Part shown: positions 6,584 through 16,073 of the stretch, piece after piece
How the letters are laid out: the number at the start of each line of letters is the position of its first letter
Position numbering within the stretch: position 1 is the stretch's first letter
DNA from: an uncultured virus (IMG/VR IMGVR_UViG_3300030104_002535)
Lineage: Duplodnaviria; Heunggongvirae; Uroviricota; Caudoviricetes
DNA length: 20,000 nucleotides
Direction: 5' to 3' (one strand)
IMG/VR virus record: IMGVR_UViG_3300030104_002535
Program-made: the position numbers and the translations under genes
Notes under the pieces: model-generated
The model's database searches: none
What the model was told of the DNA's origin: nothing
The model's input: the letters and a program-made list of their open reading frames with translations, nothing else

Positions 6584-7137
6584 GTAATGTGAAAGATATG
6601 CTTTCTGACTTAGATTCTAATGTAGCTTACTATAATCCTACAGAAGATACAGCAGGAAGTAAATACGAAACAATACCCGAAGGAACCTTTGAAGCGAACG
6701 TAGTAAAGCTAAATACAAAGAAAGATATCATTGTAAAAGGCAAATATATTAGCGACATTTTTGAAGCTATATATACTATTGACGACGCAAACCATCCTAC
6801 TTTTAAGGGAAGGGAAGTAAAGTCGAAAGGTTACTTCAGATTCAAGACTCCTGACAAAAAGAAACATCCTAATCTTGAGGATAATCAAGGCAATAATAAA
6901 GGATACATGATTTTTGCAGAAGCTTGTGGATATGAAATGGAAAAAGACCAACAAGGTAGGTATCAATTACCATATCTTATGGAGTCTGACATTTCAGGTA
7001 ATCCTGTAACTATCAAAGTCGTTCACGACAAGTGGACTAACAGTGAAGGTGAAGAGAGGGTAACACCTTTAGCTGTAAATGTCTTTAAATCAAAAGACAG
7101 AGTCGCTCCGATGAAAGACGAGGAGCTGCCGTTTTAA
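6580..7137 (+). CDS. Phage single-stranded DNA-binding protein (DUF669-like)
   Basis: IPEGTFEANV N-terminal motif, beta-rich core, acidic DEELPF C-terminal tip. Exo-annealase-SSB synteny. Confidence 0.75.
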   Translation: MSNVKDMLSDLDSNVAYYNPTEDTAGSKYETIPEGTFEANVVKLNTKKDIIVKGKYISDIFEAIYTIDDANHPTFKGREVKSKGYFRFKTPDKKKHPNLEDNQGNNKGYMIFAEACGYEMEKDQQGRYQLPYLMESDISGNPVTIKVVHDKWTNSEGEERVTPLAVNVFKSKDRVAPMKDEELPF

Positions 7138-7367
7138 TGTTTAATTTAAGACTAAACAAACAAGAATGTATGGACTTGATAGAGATGTTAGAACAACATC
7201 GAAGAGAAGGCGAAGATAAAGCCTTAGCTGCACTAAGACATAAAATCAAAAATGATTTTCAGTCTCAATTCACATCTGAGGAAAGAGCTTCCAAATTCAG
7301 TGAAGAAGACGTCTTAAAAAATGCAGCAGTAGCTATAGGTCCATCTTACTGTGAAACGTGCGACTAA
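7137..7367 (+). CDS. Hypothetical protein with C-terminal CxxC (76 aa)
   Basis: TAATG coupling to SSB. Ends YCETCD. Confidence 0.7.
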   Translation: MFNLRLNKQECMDLIEMLEQHRREGEDKALAALRHKIKNDFQSQFTSEERASKFSEEDVLKNAAVAIGPSYCETCD

Positions 7368-7594
7368 TGAAAATATCGACTTGGAACAGAATAATGAAAT
7401 CTTTTGAAGACCTTATGGGTCATGAAAAAGGACAAAGAGAAGTTGTCATTTTAAAAAGATGGAACTTTGGTGACAAGGAGATAGACGATATAGGTGAGCG
7501 AGAAGAAAAGCTTCTCGTTCACTTACTTCGTATAAGATATAAGGAGATACTTGATGAGAAACCTAAAAATAGTCAGAGAGATTCTAATGACTAA
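7367..7594 (+). CDS. Hypothetical protein (75 aa)
   Basis: TAATG stop-start overlap favours ATG 7367 over GTG 7358. Confidence 0.7.
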   Translation: MKISTWNRIMKSFEDLMGHEKGQREVVILKRWNFGDKEIDDIGEREEKLLVHLLRIRYKEILDEKPKNSQRDSND

Positions 7595-7760
7595 GGGTAG
7601 TATATGCGAATGGGAGGCAGCATACAAATATGCAATAACTCCTAAAGAATTGTCTAGAATAATAGACTTAGTACAAAAAGAAGGTTTTATTATGTCAAAA
7701 CAAAGATTTTTCTTTGATTTTGAGTACGATGTAGTAAAAATTAACAAAAATTTAAAATAA
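7587..7760 (+). CDS. Hypothetical protein (57 aa)
   Basis: Internal ATG of track ORF 7551..7760, overlapping the upstream stop by 8 nt. Confidence 0.6.
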   Translation: MTKGSICEWEAAYKYAITPKELSRIIDLVQKEGFIMSKQRFFFDFEYDVVKINKNLK

Positions 7761-7885
7761 TGAACGAGGATACTCCTAGAATCAATTATACTTATTTAAC
7801 CGATAGTTATATCAAAAAAATAATTTTACGAGCTTTAAGGGGCATTCTCGAAAGGAAAAATCTTGGAAGACCTGATAAAATATAG
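7760..7885 (+). CDS. Small hypothetical protein (41 aa, MNEDTPRINY...GRPDKI)
   Basis: My translation. TAATG coupling at 7758-7762 and fills the gap to the next gene. Confidence 0.5.
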   Translation: MNEDTPRINYTYLTDSYIKKIILRALRGILERKNLGRPDKI

Positions 7886-8264
7886 AAAAAGGTTTAATCA
7901 ACCTATAGTTTTCAATGGATTACAAGACGGAGTGATATCTCCTACAGATATCGACTTTGTTTTTGAAGTAGACAATAAGTTTTTACTTATTGGAGAATGT
8001 AAGGTAGAAGGCAAAGACCTTACTATCGGACAAAAACTAGTATTACAAAGACTAGTAGACAACTGGACGGCAGCAGGTAAGCTTGCTATTGCATATTATG
8101 TAACTCACAACTTTCATCCAGACGATGATGTAGTCTTGTCTGAGTGTAATGTACATTCCGTATATACATCTGGACAGTGGCAAAGAAAAAATATTAAATT
8201 CAGAGACAGCCTAATGAAGTTAGCAAAACATTGGGATATAGGAAAATTAAAGAATTTAAAGTGA
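7863..8264 (+). CDS. Restriction-endonuclease-fold (PD-(D/E)xK) protein
   Basis: PTDID...IGECK...GQ motif arrangement. TTG start with AAGGAA upstream. Confidence 0.65.
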   Translation: MEDLIKYRKRFNQPIVFNGLQDGVISPTDIDFVFEVDNKFLLIGECKVEGKDLTIGQKLVLQRLVDNWTAAGKLAIAYYVTHNFHPDDDVVLSECNVHSVYTSGQWQRKNIKFRDSLMKLAKHWDIGKLKNLK

Positions 8265-8271
8265 GGACATT

Positions 8272-8610
8272 ATGCCAAGTAAGTCTAAAGCCAAAGGTAA
8301 CAGATTTGAGAAAGATTGTGTCGATATAGCTGAGAGCATGGGATTCAAAGCTAAAAGAGCTTGGGGCAGTGACGGAAGAAGTTTAGGTCACGACCCTGAG
8401 GTAGACGTACTAATCAAATACTTACTAAGCGAGAACCAAGAAAGAGAGATGAAGGTTCAATGCAAAGTAAGAAATAAAATAGCTCAATATCTTCTACCAC
8501 CTGATAGTTGCGACATCACTCTTATCAAGCAAGATAGAGGTGAGGTATATGCAACAATTAGGTACAAAGATTTGTTAGAGCTTATACAATTAACATATCA
8601 ATTAAACTAA
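8272..8610 (+). CDS. Hjc-like Holliday junction resolvase
   Basis: SKAKGNRFE N-terminal motif, VD catalytic Asp, VQCK motif. SD GAGGA. Confidence 0.78.
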   Translation: MPSKSKAKGNRFEKDCVDIAESMGFKAKRAWGSDGRSLGHDPEVDVLIKYLLSENQEREMKVQCKVRNKIAQYLLPPDSCDITLIKQDRGEVYATIRYKDLLELIQLTYQLN

Positions 8611-8627
8611 ATTTATAGGGAGTATAA

Positions 8628-8990
8628 ATGAGAATATATTATGACCAAAAGTCTAAGGACGAGTACGAGCAGGAAAAATCTGCTTTCATGTCCTTATGGA
8701 ATTACTTTGGTGAAGATGAAGAATGGTTTGACAAACAAGTTGTAGATAAGTATATTAGGAACAAGAATAATCCTCATTACGAGAACAACAGAAAGTTTGT
8801 ACAATACAAAGACATATCAACTACTAGGATTCCTACTAGATGTCCTAAGTGCAAGCGTGCTTGGGCTATAGAAATGACTGGAAGCAAATTTGAACCTAAC
8901 ATTCTAGACCCTGAAGTTTATAACAATATACCAATGGTAGAAGGAGAATGTCCTAAACCCATAGATAAAACATGTAAGGAGAAAGAATAA
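8628..8990 (+). CDS. Hypothetical protein with C-terminal Zn-ribbon-like cysteines (120 aa)
   Basis: CPKC...ECP...C. SD GGGAG. TAATG-coupled to dnaB. Confidence 0.75.
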   Translation: MRIYYDQKSKDEYEQEKSAFMSLWNYFGEDEEWFDKQVVDKYIRNKNNPHYENNRKFVQYKDISTTRIPTRCPKCKRAWAIEMTGSKFEPNILDPEVYNNIPMVEGECPKPIDKTCKEKE

Positions 8991-10312
8991 TGGTACCACA
9001 AGAATCACTATCTATACATAACCTTGAGACAGAAAAAGCTGTATTGGGCTGTATCCTGATAGACGAAAATGTTTACGACCTTGTAAAAGATTTTATTCCA
9101 GAGAGCGATGTATTTTACAATACTAAGAATAAAGAGATATGGGAGACTATGTCAAAACTACGTAAAGAAAATATACCAGTAGATACAGTTAATGTTGCGT
9201 CTAAAATGAAAGGCGAAGCTTTTTATATTACAGGATTACTAGAAACTGTTCCTACTAAACACAATGCTATATCTTATGCTAGACAGATGAACTCAGACTG
9301 GCTAAGAAGAAAGCTTGTAGTTCAGTCACAAAAGATTGCAGCAAAAGCTATAGACAATAAAAAAGATATTAATACTTTATTAGAAGAAGTACAAAACACT
9401 GCAAGCTCTTTACTTAACCTAGAGCCAGGACAAAAGTTTGACTTAGACTCCTTGTTAGATGAAACTGAAGACTCTATATTCAATCAACGTAATCTTGTTA
9501 CTACTGGTATCAATCCGTTAGATGAGATTATATCAGGTATGACTAAAGGAGAGATAACTATCTTTGCTGGACGTCCTGGCAATGCTAAGACTACAACTGT
9601 TGCAAACATAGCGCGTAATCTAATTATGCAAGGTAAGAAAGTTATTATGTTTAACAGAGAAATGCCTAACACAGAAATGATGAAAAAGTTTATTGCAATG
9701 GAGTCTGAGAATATTACATACGATATGCTAAGACATAAAGCAATCTCTAATAAAGAAAAAATACAAAAAAGTTTAGAAATTATTAAAGAAAAGTATACTG
9801 ACAAACTATTTATGTATGACAACATTCGTAATTTAGAGGGAACTTTTAGAGAGATAAGACGTATAAAACCTGATATAGTCATTGACGACCATATCGGTCT
9901 TATAGAATATCCAAGTAATGATATGAGAGATTTAAGACTTAAAATCGGTGATACATCAAGAAGATATAAGTGGTTATGTAAATCAGAAAAGATATCTGTT
10001 ATCCTAGTATCACAACTTAATCGTAATATAGAATACAGAACTGAACGTATACCTAAACTTAGTGACCTTGCTGAGTCTGGTAATCTAGAACAAGATGCAG
10101 AGATAGTAGCATTTACACACTACCCTTGGACAGTAAACTTTGAGAATGCAACACATGGACGTTATGGTCTAGAGATTGTTGTAGCTAAAAATAGATATGG
10201 TTCTACTGGGAAAGCGTCTGTTGGATTTGCGCCAGATAGTTGTAAGATATACGATACAGTGCAAGAAGTCCAGGCTGCAACAGCACCACGTATGCCAGAG
10301 GTTCCATTTTAG
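8990..10312 (+). CDS. dnaB: DnaB-like replicative helicase (SF4)
   Basis: N-domain EKAVLGCIL. GRPGNAKTT (Walker A variant), REM, SQLNRNIEYR, PKLSDLAESGNLEQDAE, VAKNRYGSTG. Confidence 0.95.
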   Translation: MVPQESLSIHNLETEKAVLGCILIDENVYDLVKDFIPESDVFYNTKNKEIWETMSKLRKENIPVDTVNVASKMKGEAFYITGLLETVPTKHNAISYARQMNSDWLRRKLVVQSQKIAAKAIDNKKDINTLLEEVQNTASSLLNLEPGQKFDLDSLLDETEDSIFNQRNLVTTGINPLDEIISGMTKGEITIFAGRPGNAKTTTVANIARNLIMQGKKVIMFNREMPNTEMMKKFIAMESENITYDMLRHKAISNKEKIQKSLEIIKEKYTDKLFMYDNIRNLEGTFREIRRIKPDIVIDDHIGLIEYPSNDMRDLRLKIGDTSRRYKWLCKSEKISVILVSQLNRNIEYRTERIPKLSDLAESGNLEQDAEIVAFTHYPWTVNFENATHGRYGLEIVVAKNRYGSTGKASVGFAPDSCKIYDTVQEVQAATAPRMPEVPF

Positions 10313-10923
10313 AAGTCTAAGAGATTTCCAAGATTTATTCTTACAGGATTTCCTGCTTTATCACGCTCGTCAGTGCCAAGCTTACCTGCTACAATTCCCA
10401 TAGCTTTATAAGGATTTCCTCCTAAAAGTTGTTGGAAAAAACCTTTTAAAGCGTCAGTTCTGGTCATATTTTCAGTCATTTCCGAAAAGTAGTTAAAATC
10501 GTAGTTATCAAAAGCAATTAATTCTCCTTTATCATTTGTTTTAAGTCCAAACTGTCCTAATGTTGTAGCTAAACTTACTTCAGGATTATAGCTTTTTTTT
10601 ACTAAATCCATTAAACCTTCAGCGTTTCTAACTTGGTCCAGCGTATAGGTGCCATCACTGTCTTGATTTCCGTAGAGACTCCAGTCTACGAGTTTACCGC
10701 CTTCTTTAAAATATTCTGAATAGTCATCCTCGCCTTCTACATACTTTTCTTTGACTAGATTCTTTAAAAAATCAAATTCATCTGTAGTCAAATCATCTTC
10801 AGTAAATGTTTTATCTATACCTAGCAAATCTGCTAAAAAAAATCTAGCATTAGAAGGTATAACAGGCTTACTTTTCCCACCAAATAATCTTTTAAATAAT
10901 CCTTTTGTATCTTTGTCTTTCAT
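10309..10923 (-). CDS. Hypothetical protein (204 aa), last gene of the minus-strand block
   Basis: Long ORF in a contiguous minus-strand operon. Its stop overlaps the dnaB stop. Confidence 0.8.
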   Translation of the reverse strand: MKDKDTKGLFKRLFGGKSKPVIPSNARFFLADLLGIDKTFTEDDLTTDEFDFLKNLVKEKYVEGEDDYSEYFKEGGKLVDWSLYGNQDSDGTYTLDQVRNAEGLMDLVKKSYNPEVSLATTLGQFGLKTNDKGELIAFDNYDFNYFSEMTENMTRTDALKGFFQQLLGGNPYKAMGIVAGKLGTDERDKAGNPVRINLGNLLDF

Positions 10924-10924
10924 T

Positions 10925-11545
10925 TTAATTAAAAAACTTTTCGTATACTTTCATAAATCTCTGAGCCCTGCCATAAGCATTGTTGTTACGGTCTATTAGT
11001 CCTTCTTTAAAACCTCTTATAATATTAAAAAAGCTTCTTTTACCAAATGTGGTATTTAGTAAGTCCATATCTGACTCTGTAAGCATGTCTTTTACACCCT
11101 GAGTTCCACCCTTGCCTAAACCAAGTTTTCCTGAAACTTTGTTAGCTAACACAGTCTTAGAAACTTTTCCTATAGCTCCACCTGGAGAAATAGCGTCCAT
11201 CATAAACTCTTGTACATCAAAGTCGCTTTCAGTCTCTACGTTGCTACCTTCAAACACATCTTGTCCTAATATATTTAAAAGAGAGTCTGTTTTAGCTTTC
11301 TCTGTACCCAAAGAGTCTAACAAAGCTGCTTGTCTTTCAAAGTCTTCTGCTGTAAATCCCTCTGCCTCATCTGTAAATCCACCTTCTCCAATAAGATTCA
11401 TTAGATTCATTTTGGTCTTAGCTCCTGCATATTCTGCGCCTTGCTTCATACCTTTAAATCTTAGTAAAAGTTTTTCTAAACCTTCTGGTTTAAATAAAGA
11501 TAATAGTTCTTTTATGCTTCTTAATTTTTTTGGTTCTTCTGCCAT
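10925..11545 (-). CDS. Hypothetical protein (206 aa), possibly virion-associated
   Basis: SD AGGAG upstream on the minus strand. Contiguous with both neighbours. Confidence 0.8.
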   Translation of the reverse strand: MAEEPKKLRSIKELLSLFKPEGLEKLLLRFKGMKQGAEYAGAKTKMNLMNLIGEGGFTDEAEGFTAEDFERQAALLDSLGTEKAKTDSLLNILGQDVFEGSNVETESDFDVQEFMMDAISPGGAIGKVSKTVLANKVSGKLGLGKGGTQGVKDMLTESDMDLLNTTFGKRSFFNIIRGFKEGLIDRNNNAYGRAQRFMKVYEKFFN

Positions 11546-11553
11546 TACATCTC

Positions 11554-14500
11554 CTACGGTATAAATTGTTTCTCTTCTTGCTGTTTTTTAATTCTATCTA
11601 AAAGTTTTCTTTCTATAGTTTTCCATGAAATATCTCTTTGAGATATTGCTAAGGTAGGATATTTTATTCCATAAACCTCATTATATCCCAACATAATTCT
11701 TTCTGCTTGCTTTGGTTTATTTTCTAAAAGAGCATTTCTTATATCCTCAACAGCAGTCTTTTTGTAATATTCTACTCTATCTCTTTTCATGCCTTCTGTT
11801 TGTAGACCTGGAGTTAGCTTGAAAGACTTATCAACTAAACCTTCTTCCATAAAAGGAAGTCTGGTTAAAGGTTCTAAGTCAACACCTATACCAGTTCTAG
11901 CCATTCTAGAAATGTTAGGACCAAGTATAGGAGCTAAAGTGTTAAATCCTTTTCTAAAAGGAACGTCCCACTGCTCAGGGTAGTGTGTTTCCATACTTCT
12001 AGCAAAAGTTTCAAAAGACTTTATTACCCTTTCAAAGTCATCAATTACAACTGGTTTTACAAAGAACTTTATAGAAGTTATAGGTTCGTCTCCACCGACT
12101 ATGTCTCCCAAGACACCAAAAGAACCTACGCTTCTCAATGCATTTATATAGTCTTGCCACTCAGGAGTACGTAGCATTTTCATTCTACTTTCCTTAGATG
12201 TATATTGTTCTTCTCCAGTTATTGCAGCATTAAGTTGGTCTTTAGCCCACATAACTAAATTACCTCCAGCAAAACCTCCTATACCTAGACGTAAAACAGG
12301 CAGTAAGTTTCCATGTTTTACTTCGTTTTTTATAGTTTGTTCAATATACTGAGCCTGTCTTAATCCAAATCTTTTAAATAAAAGTAAAGGTTTTAACATA
12401 GGGTCATTAAACATAATAGGGTCTTTTAAAAAGTTTCTTTGTAGCTGAGTTTCTGAGGCGAATTTTTTCATTCCTAATAAAAGTCTTCTTCTAAACTGTT
12501 GCTCTGAAGCTGATTCAAACACTCCGCTTTCTAAAGCTTTTAAGTTTTTTACTAAGTCATCTGCGTCCAAACCTAAAGCCTCAGCCTTACTTCTAGCCCA
12601 TGCTAATCTTTTATCTTTAGCCCAACCAGGAACCATCGTAGTTAAAAAATCTTTTTTACCAGCAAGTATTCTACCATATTTTTTCGCCGCTTCTTCAGCA
12701 GTAGCAGCAGCAATAACCTGATTCCAAGAATTAACCGTAGAGAATAAAACAGATGATTTTCTTGTTGCAAAAGCAATAGCGTCTTTAGACTTTACTTCTC
12801 CCTTGTACCAGTCTTTTATAAACTGTCTTATAGGAGCTTCTGTCTTTAATTTCTCGGCAGCACCAATTTGTAAGGCTCTATCTTGCTGCATTAAGTCATC
12901 AAAAGCAGTCAAAATTGTAGCACCACTTTCACGTACTCTTTTTCTAAAACTTGCGTCTACTCCCATTCTAACTAAACCTTTAAACATAGAACCAAACCCT
13001 TGGTCTACAGAAGTAGAAATAAATGACTGTGTTAAATTAGGAATAAAAGCTTGACCTAAAGATATCTTACTCATCATCTCAAGGTTAGATAAAGACTGCA
13101 AAGACTCTGACATAGGGTTTTTAACTCTAAAATTATATTCTCCAGTAAAACTTTCTTTAATTAAGTTAACAGCAGCAACCTGTGTTTGTTGAGAAAAAGG
13201 AAGAAATTGTCCACCTAGACTTTTAGGGAATCTGCCGCCGTCTAACTCTAAATCACCGTCTGCCATTTTTATAAGTTGATTATAATATGCCCCTGTAGGA
13301 GTAAATGCTTTAGAAAGTTCAATTCTTTTTGTAGCACCTCCTATATATTCAGCCATAATTTTTGTATAATTAGTTTCCATATAATTTTCAAAAGCATTAG
13401 CAACAAGCTTAGAGACGTCTCCTGAACCTATACTGCTATTGGCTATTTTTCTTGATTTTTCGAGAGGACTAAACTCTTTTAAACTACCAGAGAATAAGTT
13501 GTGATGAAGAACTCTAAAAACATTATAGTTTTTAGGAACGCCAGCAGATGATTCTTTGTTAGCTAAGAGGTCCCAAATTTGTTTAAATATAACAGCGTCA
13601 GGCTTAGAAGAGCCTTCCATTTTTCTTATAATACCCTGCATCATACCTTCTAGTCTTTCTAAAATATCAGGGCGGTAATTACCATCTATGTTAAAGTCTC
13701 CTCCTGTAATCTTCATAATCTTTTTTTCCATAGATTCCATTTGGTCAAACATAATATCTAAAACATCTTTTCTAAACATTCTAGGTAGATAACCGTTAAT
13801 TCTTTGCCCTACTCTTAGATTTGCTTTCTTAGCATCTGACCACACAGAGTCAATGGATTTTGTTTTAGAGTTGTAAACACCGCTAGTAGTAAGTTCATCA
13901 GAAGCTTCTAGAAAGTTTGCTCTTGCTAAAAGTCTTTCTTTTTCACTTCCTGTAAGTCTGTCTGCTTGATTTCTTAAATCTCTAAGATAAAATTTAAAAC
14001 CTTTTCCTGGATTATCTGCTTCAAAATTTTGTATTGTTTTAAAATCTTTAAAGGCTGTTTGTTCTCCTGTTCCGTCTAGGTATGTTTTCCACCAATTAGA
14101 ATGAGCTTTTTCAAAAGAAATTTTAGGTTTTATTATAGCGTCTAACCTATTTAATCTTTCTGCAGTTTTTTGCTCAGTCGAGTTTGCAACATTTTGAATA
14201 AGTCTAGTAGCTTTTCTAAGATAAGGGTCTGTTATATGATAATAAAATGGAGTTACAAAACTTCTAATAATACCTCTTTTAGAATTACTCATAAAGTGAG
14301 GTTGATACATATAATTAATATCGTAGTCAGGTAAGTTAGTTTTTATAAAATGTCTTACCTCAACCTGATTTTCCATCATCTTTGCCATTAACTTCTTTTC
14401 AGACAATGTCATATCTTTTATTCTTACTGGCTTACCGTCTGCTATAGATTTTTCCCAACGTTTAAACAATGTTTGACCTATTCTTTTTCCAGTGTCTGGG

Positions 14501-16065
14501 TCTCTAGCGTCATCCATATATCTGTTCATAGTGCTTATAACAGAGTTCATCCAGTCTTCTGGCTTATATCCGTCTTCGCCTTTAATGGACTTTTCTCTTA
14601 TAGACCTAATTCTTTGGTCATAATGTAAGTCTAAAGCATTTTTACTGTTTCTAACACCCTTAAGATTTTTCTCAAACATTGCAATAAGATTTGGGTCTTC
14701 AGAGTGGAATTTAAAAAACATCTCAGTGTTAAATTCATCTAGTAAAAATTGTCCCTTACCCTCTACGTTTATAGCAACAGTCAAACCTTTATCTGTCTGT
14801 CTTATACTCTTGTCTACAATTTTACCTGTTGTAAAAGCTAAAGTACTTTTGTGAGAGTCAATTGTAATTTTTTCATCAACCTTACCTTTAATGTTACCAG
14901 TAACAACCTTTGCTCCTTCAATAGAAGCTTCTCCACCTCTAATCCTACGTCCCATTAAGTTAATGTGTGCATATTCTCCTCTACCAATCTTAAAGACATT
15001 TTCTCTTCTGTATCTTTGTCCAGCTTCTTTTATGTCTTTTGTTCTTGCAAAAGGTTGTTGTATTTGCTCATAAAGCTCTGCGCCTTCTGCTGTAAATATA
15101 TCTTGTAGTTTAGCTTCACTTGCAATTGCTTGATTATGTTGTTTTGTAAGTTCGTCTCTAATTCTACCTTTTCTTTTAGCAACTAAAGATGCTGGTGCAG
15201 CTACAGCTCCCGCAACTCCAGCAGCCATAATTAAGTCTTGAAATCCAGGTATTCTACCATCGTAAGCCAAAGGAGATAAAGCTCCTATAGTAAATGTTTC
15301 TCCAGTAAAAGCTCTGATACCTCTTTTGTAAGCTTCTCTTGCTTCTTTTCCATCAGAGAAAGGCGCAAGTAATCTTGATGTTCTACCAACACCTCCTGCT
15401 AAACCTAAAAATCCTCCTCTAAAAAAATCTTTAGCATCTCCTTTTTTCAATACATCTTTAAATGCTTGACCATAATCCATGCCTTTGTAATTAGATAAAT
15501 CTGCTTTATCCAATATTTCATCTCTTGCTTCTTTTGCTGCGTAATAAAAACCGTCATATGTACCTAGCATAGCTGCCTGCACACCACCGTAGTTTACAAC
15601 ATCATCTACTATAGAAGTTGCATTTCTAATCCCTAAAGCTTTGCCTTTATATTGAAGTTTTTTACCTAACATTACAGCAGCACGTCTTTTTGCTGCAGTT
15701 GTAACACCAGCTCTTAATACAGCACTAGCAGTTCCAGCGCTTGCTACACTTAAACCAAGGTCTGTCTTTGATGCGAAGAATGATAAAAAACCTGCACCAA
15801 TATCATGAATAACACCTCTTGGTATGTCAGCAATTTCATAATACTTTTTACCTGTCATCATCTCATGCATCATACCTTCTATAGATTTATTGTATGCATC
15901 TTTATAGACTACTGGCATTGAATCCCAAAAAGCATTTCTCTCTCTTTCTCTTTGGTCATTGTTTTCAGGTTCCATGACATATGGACTAACTATGTTTTTA
16001 AGATTGCCTGTTGGTTGTGCTTGTGTGGCAACTTGTTGTGATTTAAATCTATCTCTTAGACTCAT
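11554..16065 (-). CDS. Large probable internal virion/ejection protein (1503 aa)
   Basis: Very long Cys-free ORF with Gly/Ala-rich hydrophobic segments in the N-terminal third. Last of a series of ORFs in the usual position of podophage ejection genes. Function inferred from size, composition and order. Confidence 0.65.
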   Translation of the reverse strand: MSLRDRFKSQQVATQAQPTGNLKNIVSPYVMEPENNDQRERERNAFWDSMPVVYKDAYNKSIEGMMHEMMTGKKYYEIADIPRGVIHDIGAGFLSFFASKTDLGLSVASAGTASAVLRAGVTTAAKRRAAVMLGKKLQYKGKALGIRNATSIVDDVVNYGGVQAAMLGTYDGFYYAAKEARDEILDKADLSNYKGMDYGQAFKDVLKKGDAKDFFRGGFLGLAGGVGRTSRLLAPFSDGKEAREAYKRGIRAFTGETFTIGALSPLAYDGRIPGFQDLIMAAGVAGAVAAPASLVAKRKGRIRDELTKQHNQAIASEAKLQDIFTAEGAELYEQIQQPFARTKDIKEAGQRYRRENVFKIGRGEYAHINLMGRRIRGGEASIEGAKVVTGNIKGKVDEKITIDSHKSTLAFTTGKIVDKSIRQTDKGLTVAINVEGKGQFLLDEFNTEMFFKFHSEDPNLIAMFEKNLKGVRNSKNALDLHYDQRIRSIREKSIKGEDGYKPEDWMNSVISTMNRYMDDARDPDTGKRIGQTLFKRWEKSIADGKPVRIKDMTLSEKKLMAKMMENQVEVRHFIKTNLPDYDINYMYQPHFMSNSKRGIIRSFVTPFYYHITDPYLRKATRLIQNVANSTEQKTAERLNRLDAIIKPKISFEKAHSNWWKTYLDGTGEQTAFKDFKTIQNFEADNPGKGFKFYLRDLRNQADRLTGSEKERLLARANFLEASDELTTSGVYNSKTKSIDSVWSDAKKANLRVGQRINGYLPRMFRKDVLDIMFDQMESMEKKIMKITGGDFNIDGNYRPDILERLEGMMQGIIRKMEGSSKPDAVIFKQIWDLLANKESSAGVPKNYNVFRVLHHNLFSGSLKEFSPLEKSRKIANSSIGSGDVSKLVANAFENYMETNYTKIMAEYIGGATKRIELSKAFTPTGAYYNQLIKMADGDLELDGGRFPKSLGGQFLPFSQQTQVAAVNLIKESFTGEYNFRVKNPMSESLQSLSNLEMMSKISLGQAFIPNLTQSFISTSVDQGFGSMFKGLVRMGVDASFRKRVRESGATILTAFDDLMQQDRALQIGAAEKLKTEAPIRQFIKDWYKGEVKSKDAIAFATRKSSVLFSTVNSWNQVIAAATAEEAAKKYGRILAGKKDFLTTMVPGWAKDKRLAWARSKAEALGLDADDLVKNLKALESGVFESASEQQFRRRLLLGMKKFASETQLQRNFLKDPIMFNDPMLKPLLLFKRFGLRQAQYIEQTIKNEVKHGNLLPVLRLGIGGFAGGNLVMWAKDQLNAAITGEEQYTSKESRMKMLRTPEWQDYINALRSVGSFGVLGDIVGGDEPITSIKFFVKPVVIDDFERVIKSFETFARSMETHYPEQWDVPFRKGFNTLAPILGPNISRMARTGIGVDLEPLTRLPFMEEGLVDKSFKLTPGLQTEGMKRDRVEYYKKTAVEDIRNALLENKPKQAERIMLGYNEVYGIKYPTLAISQRDISWKTIERKLLDRIKKQQEEKQFIP

Positions 16066-16073
16066 GCTTGCCT

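Noticed and set aside
11554..16065. 1503-aa protein as a virion RNA polymerase
   Set aside because: No DxDGD motif (GGDFNIDG does not fit) and no recognisable single-subunit polymerase motifs.
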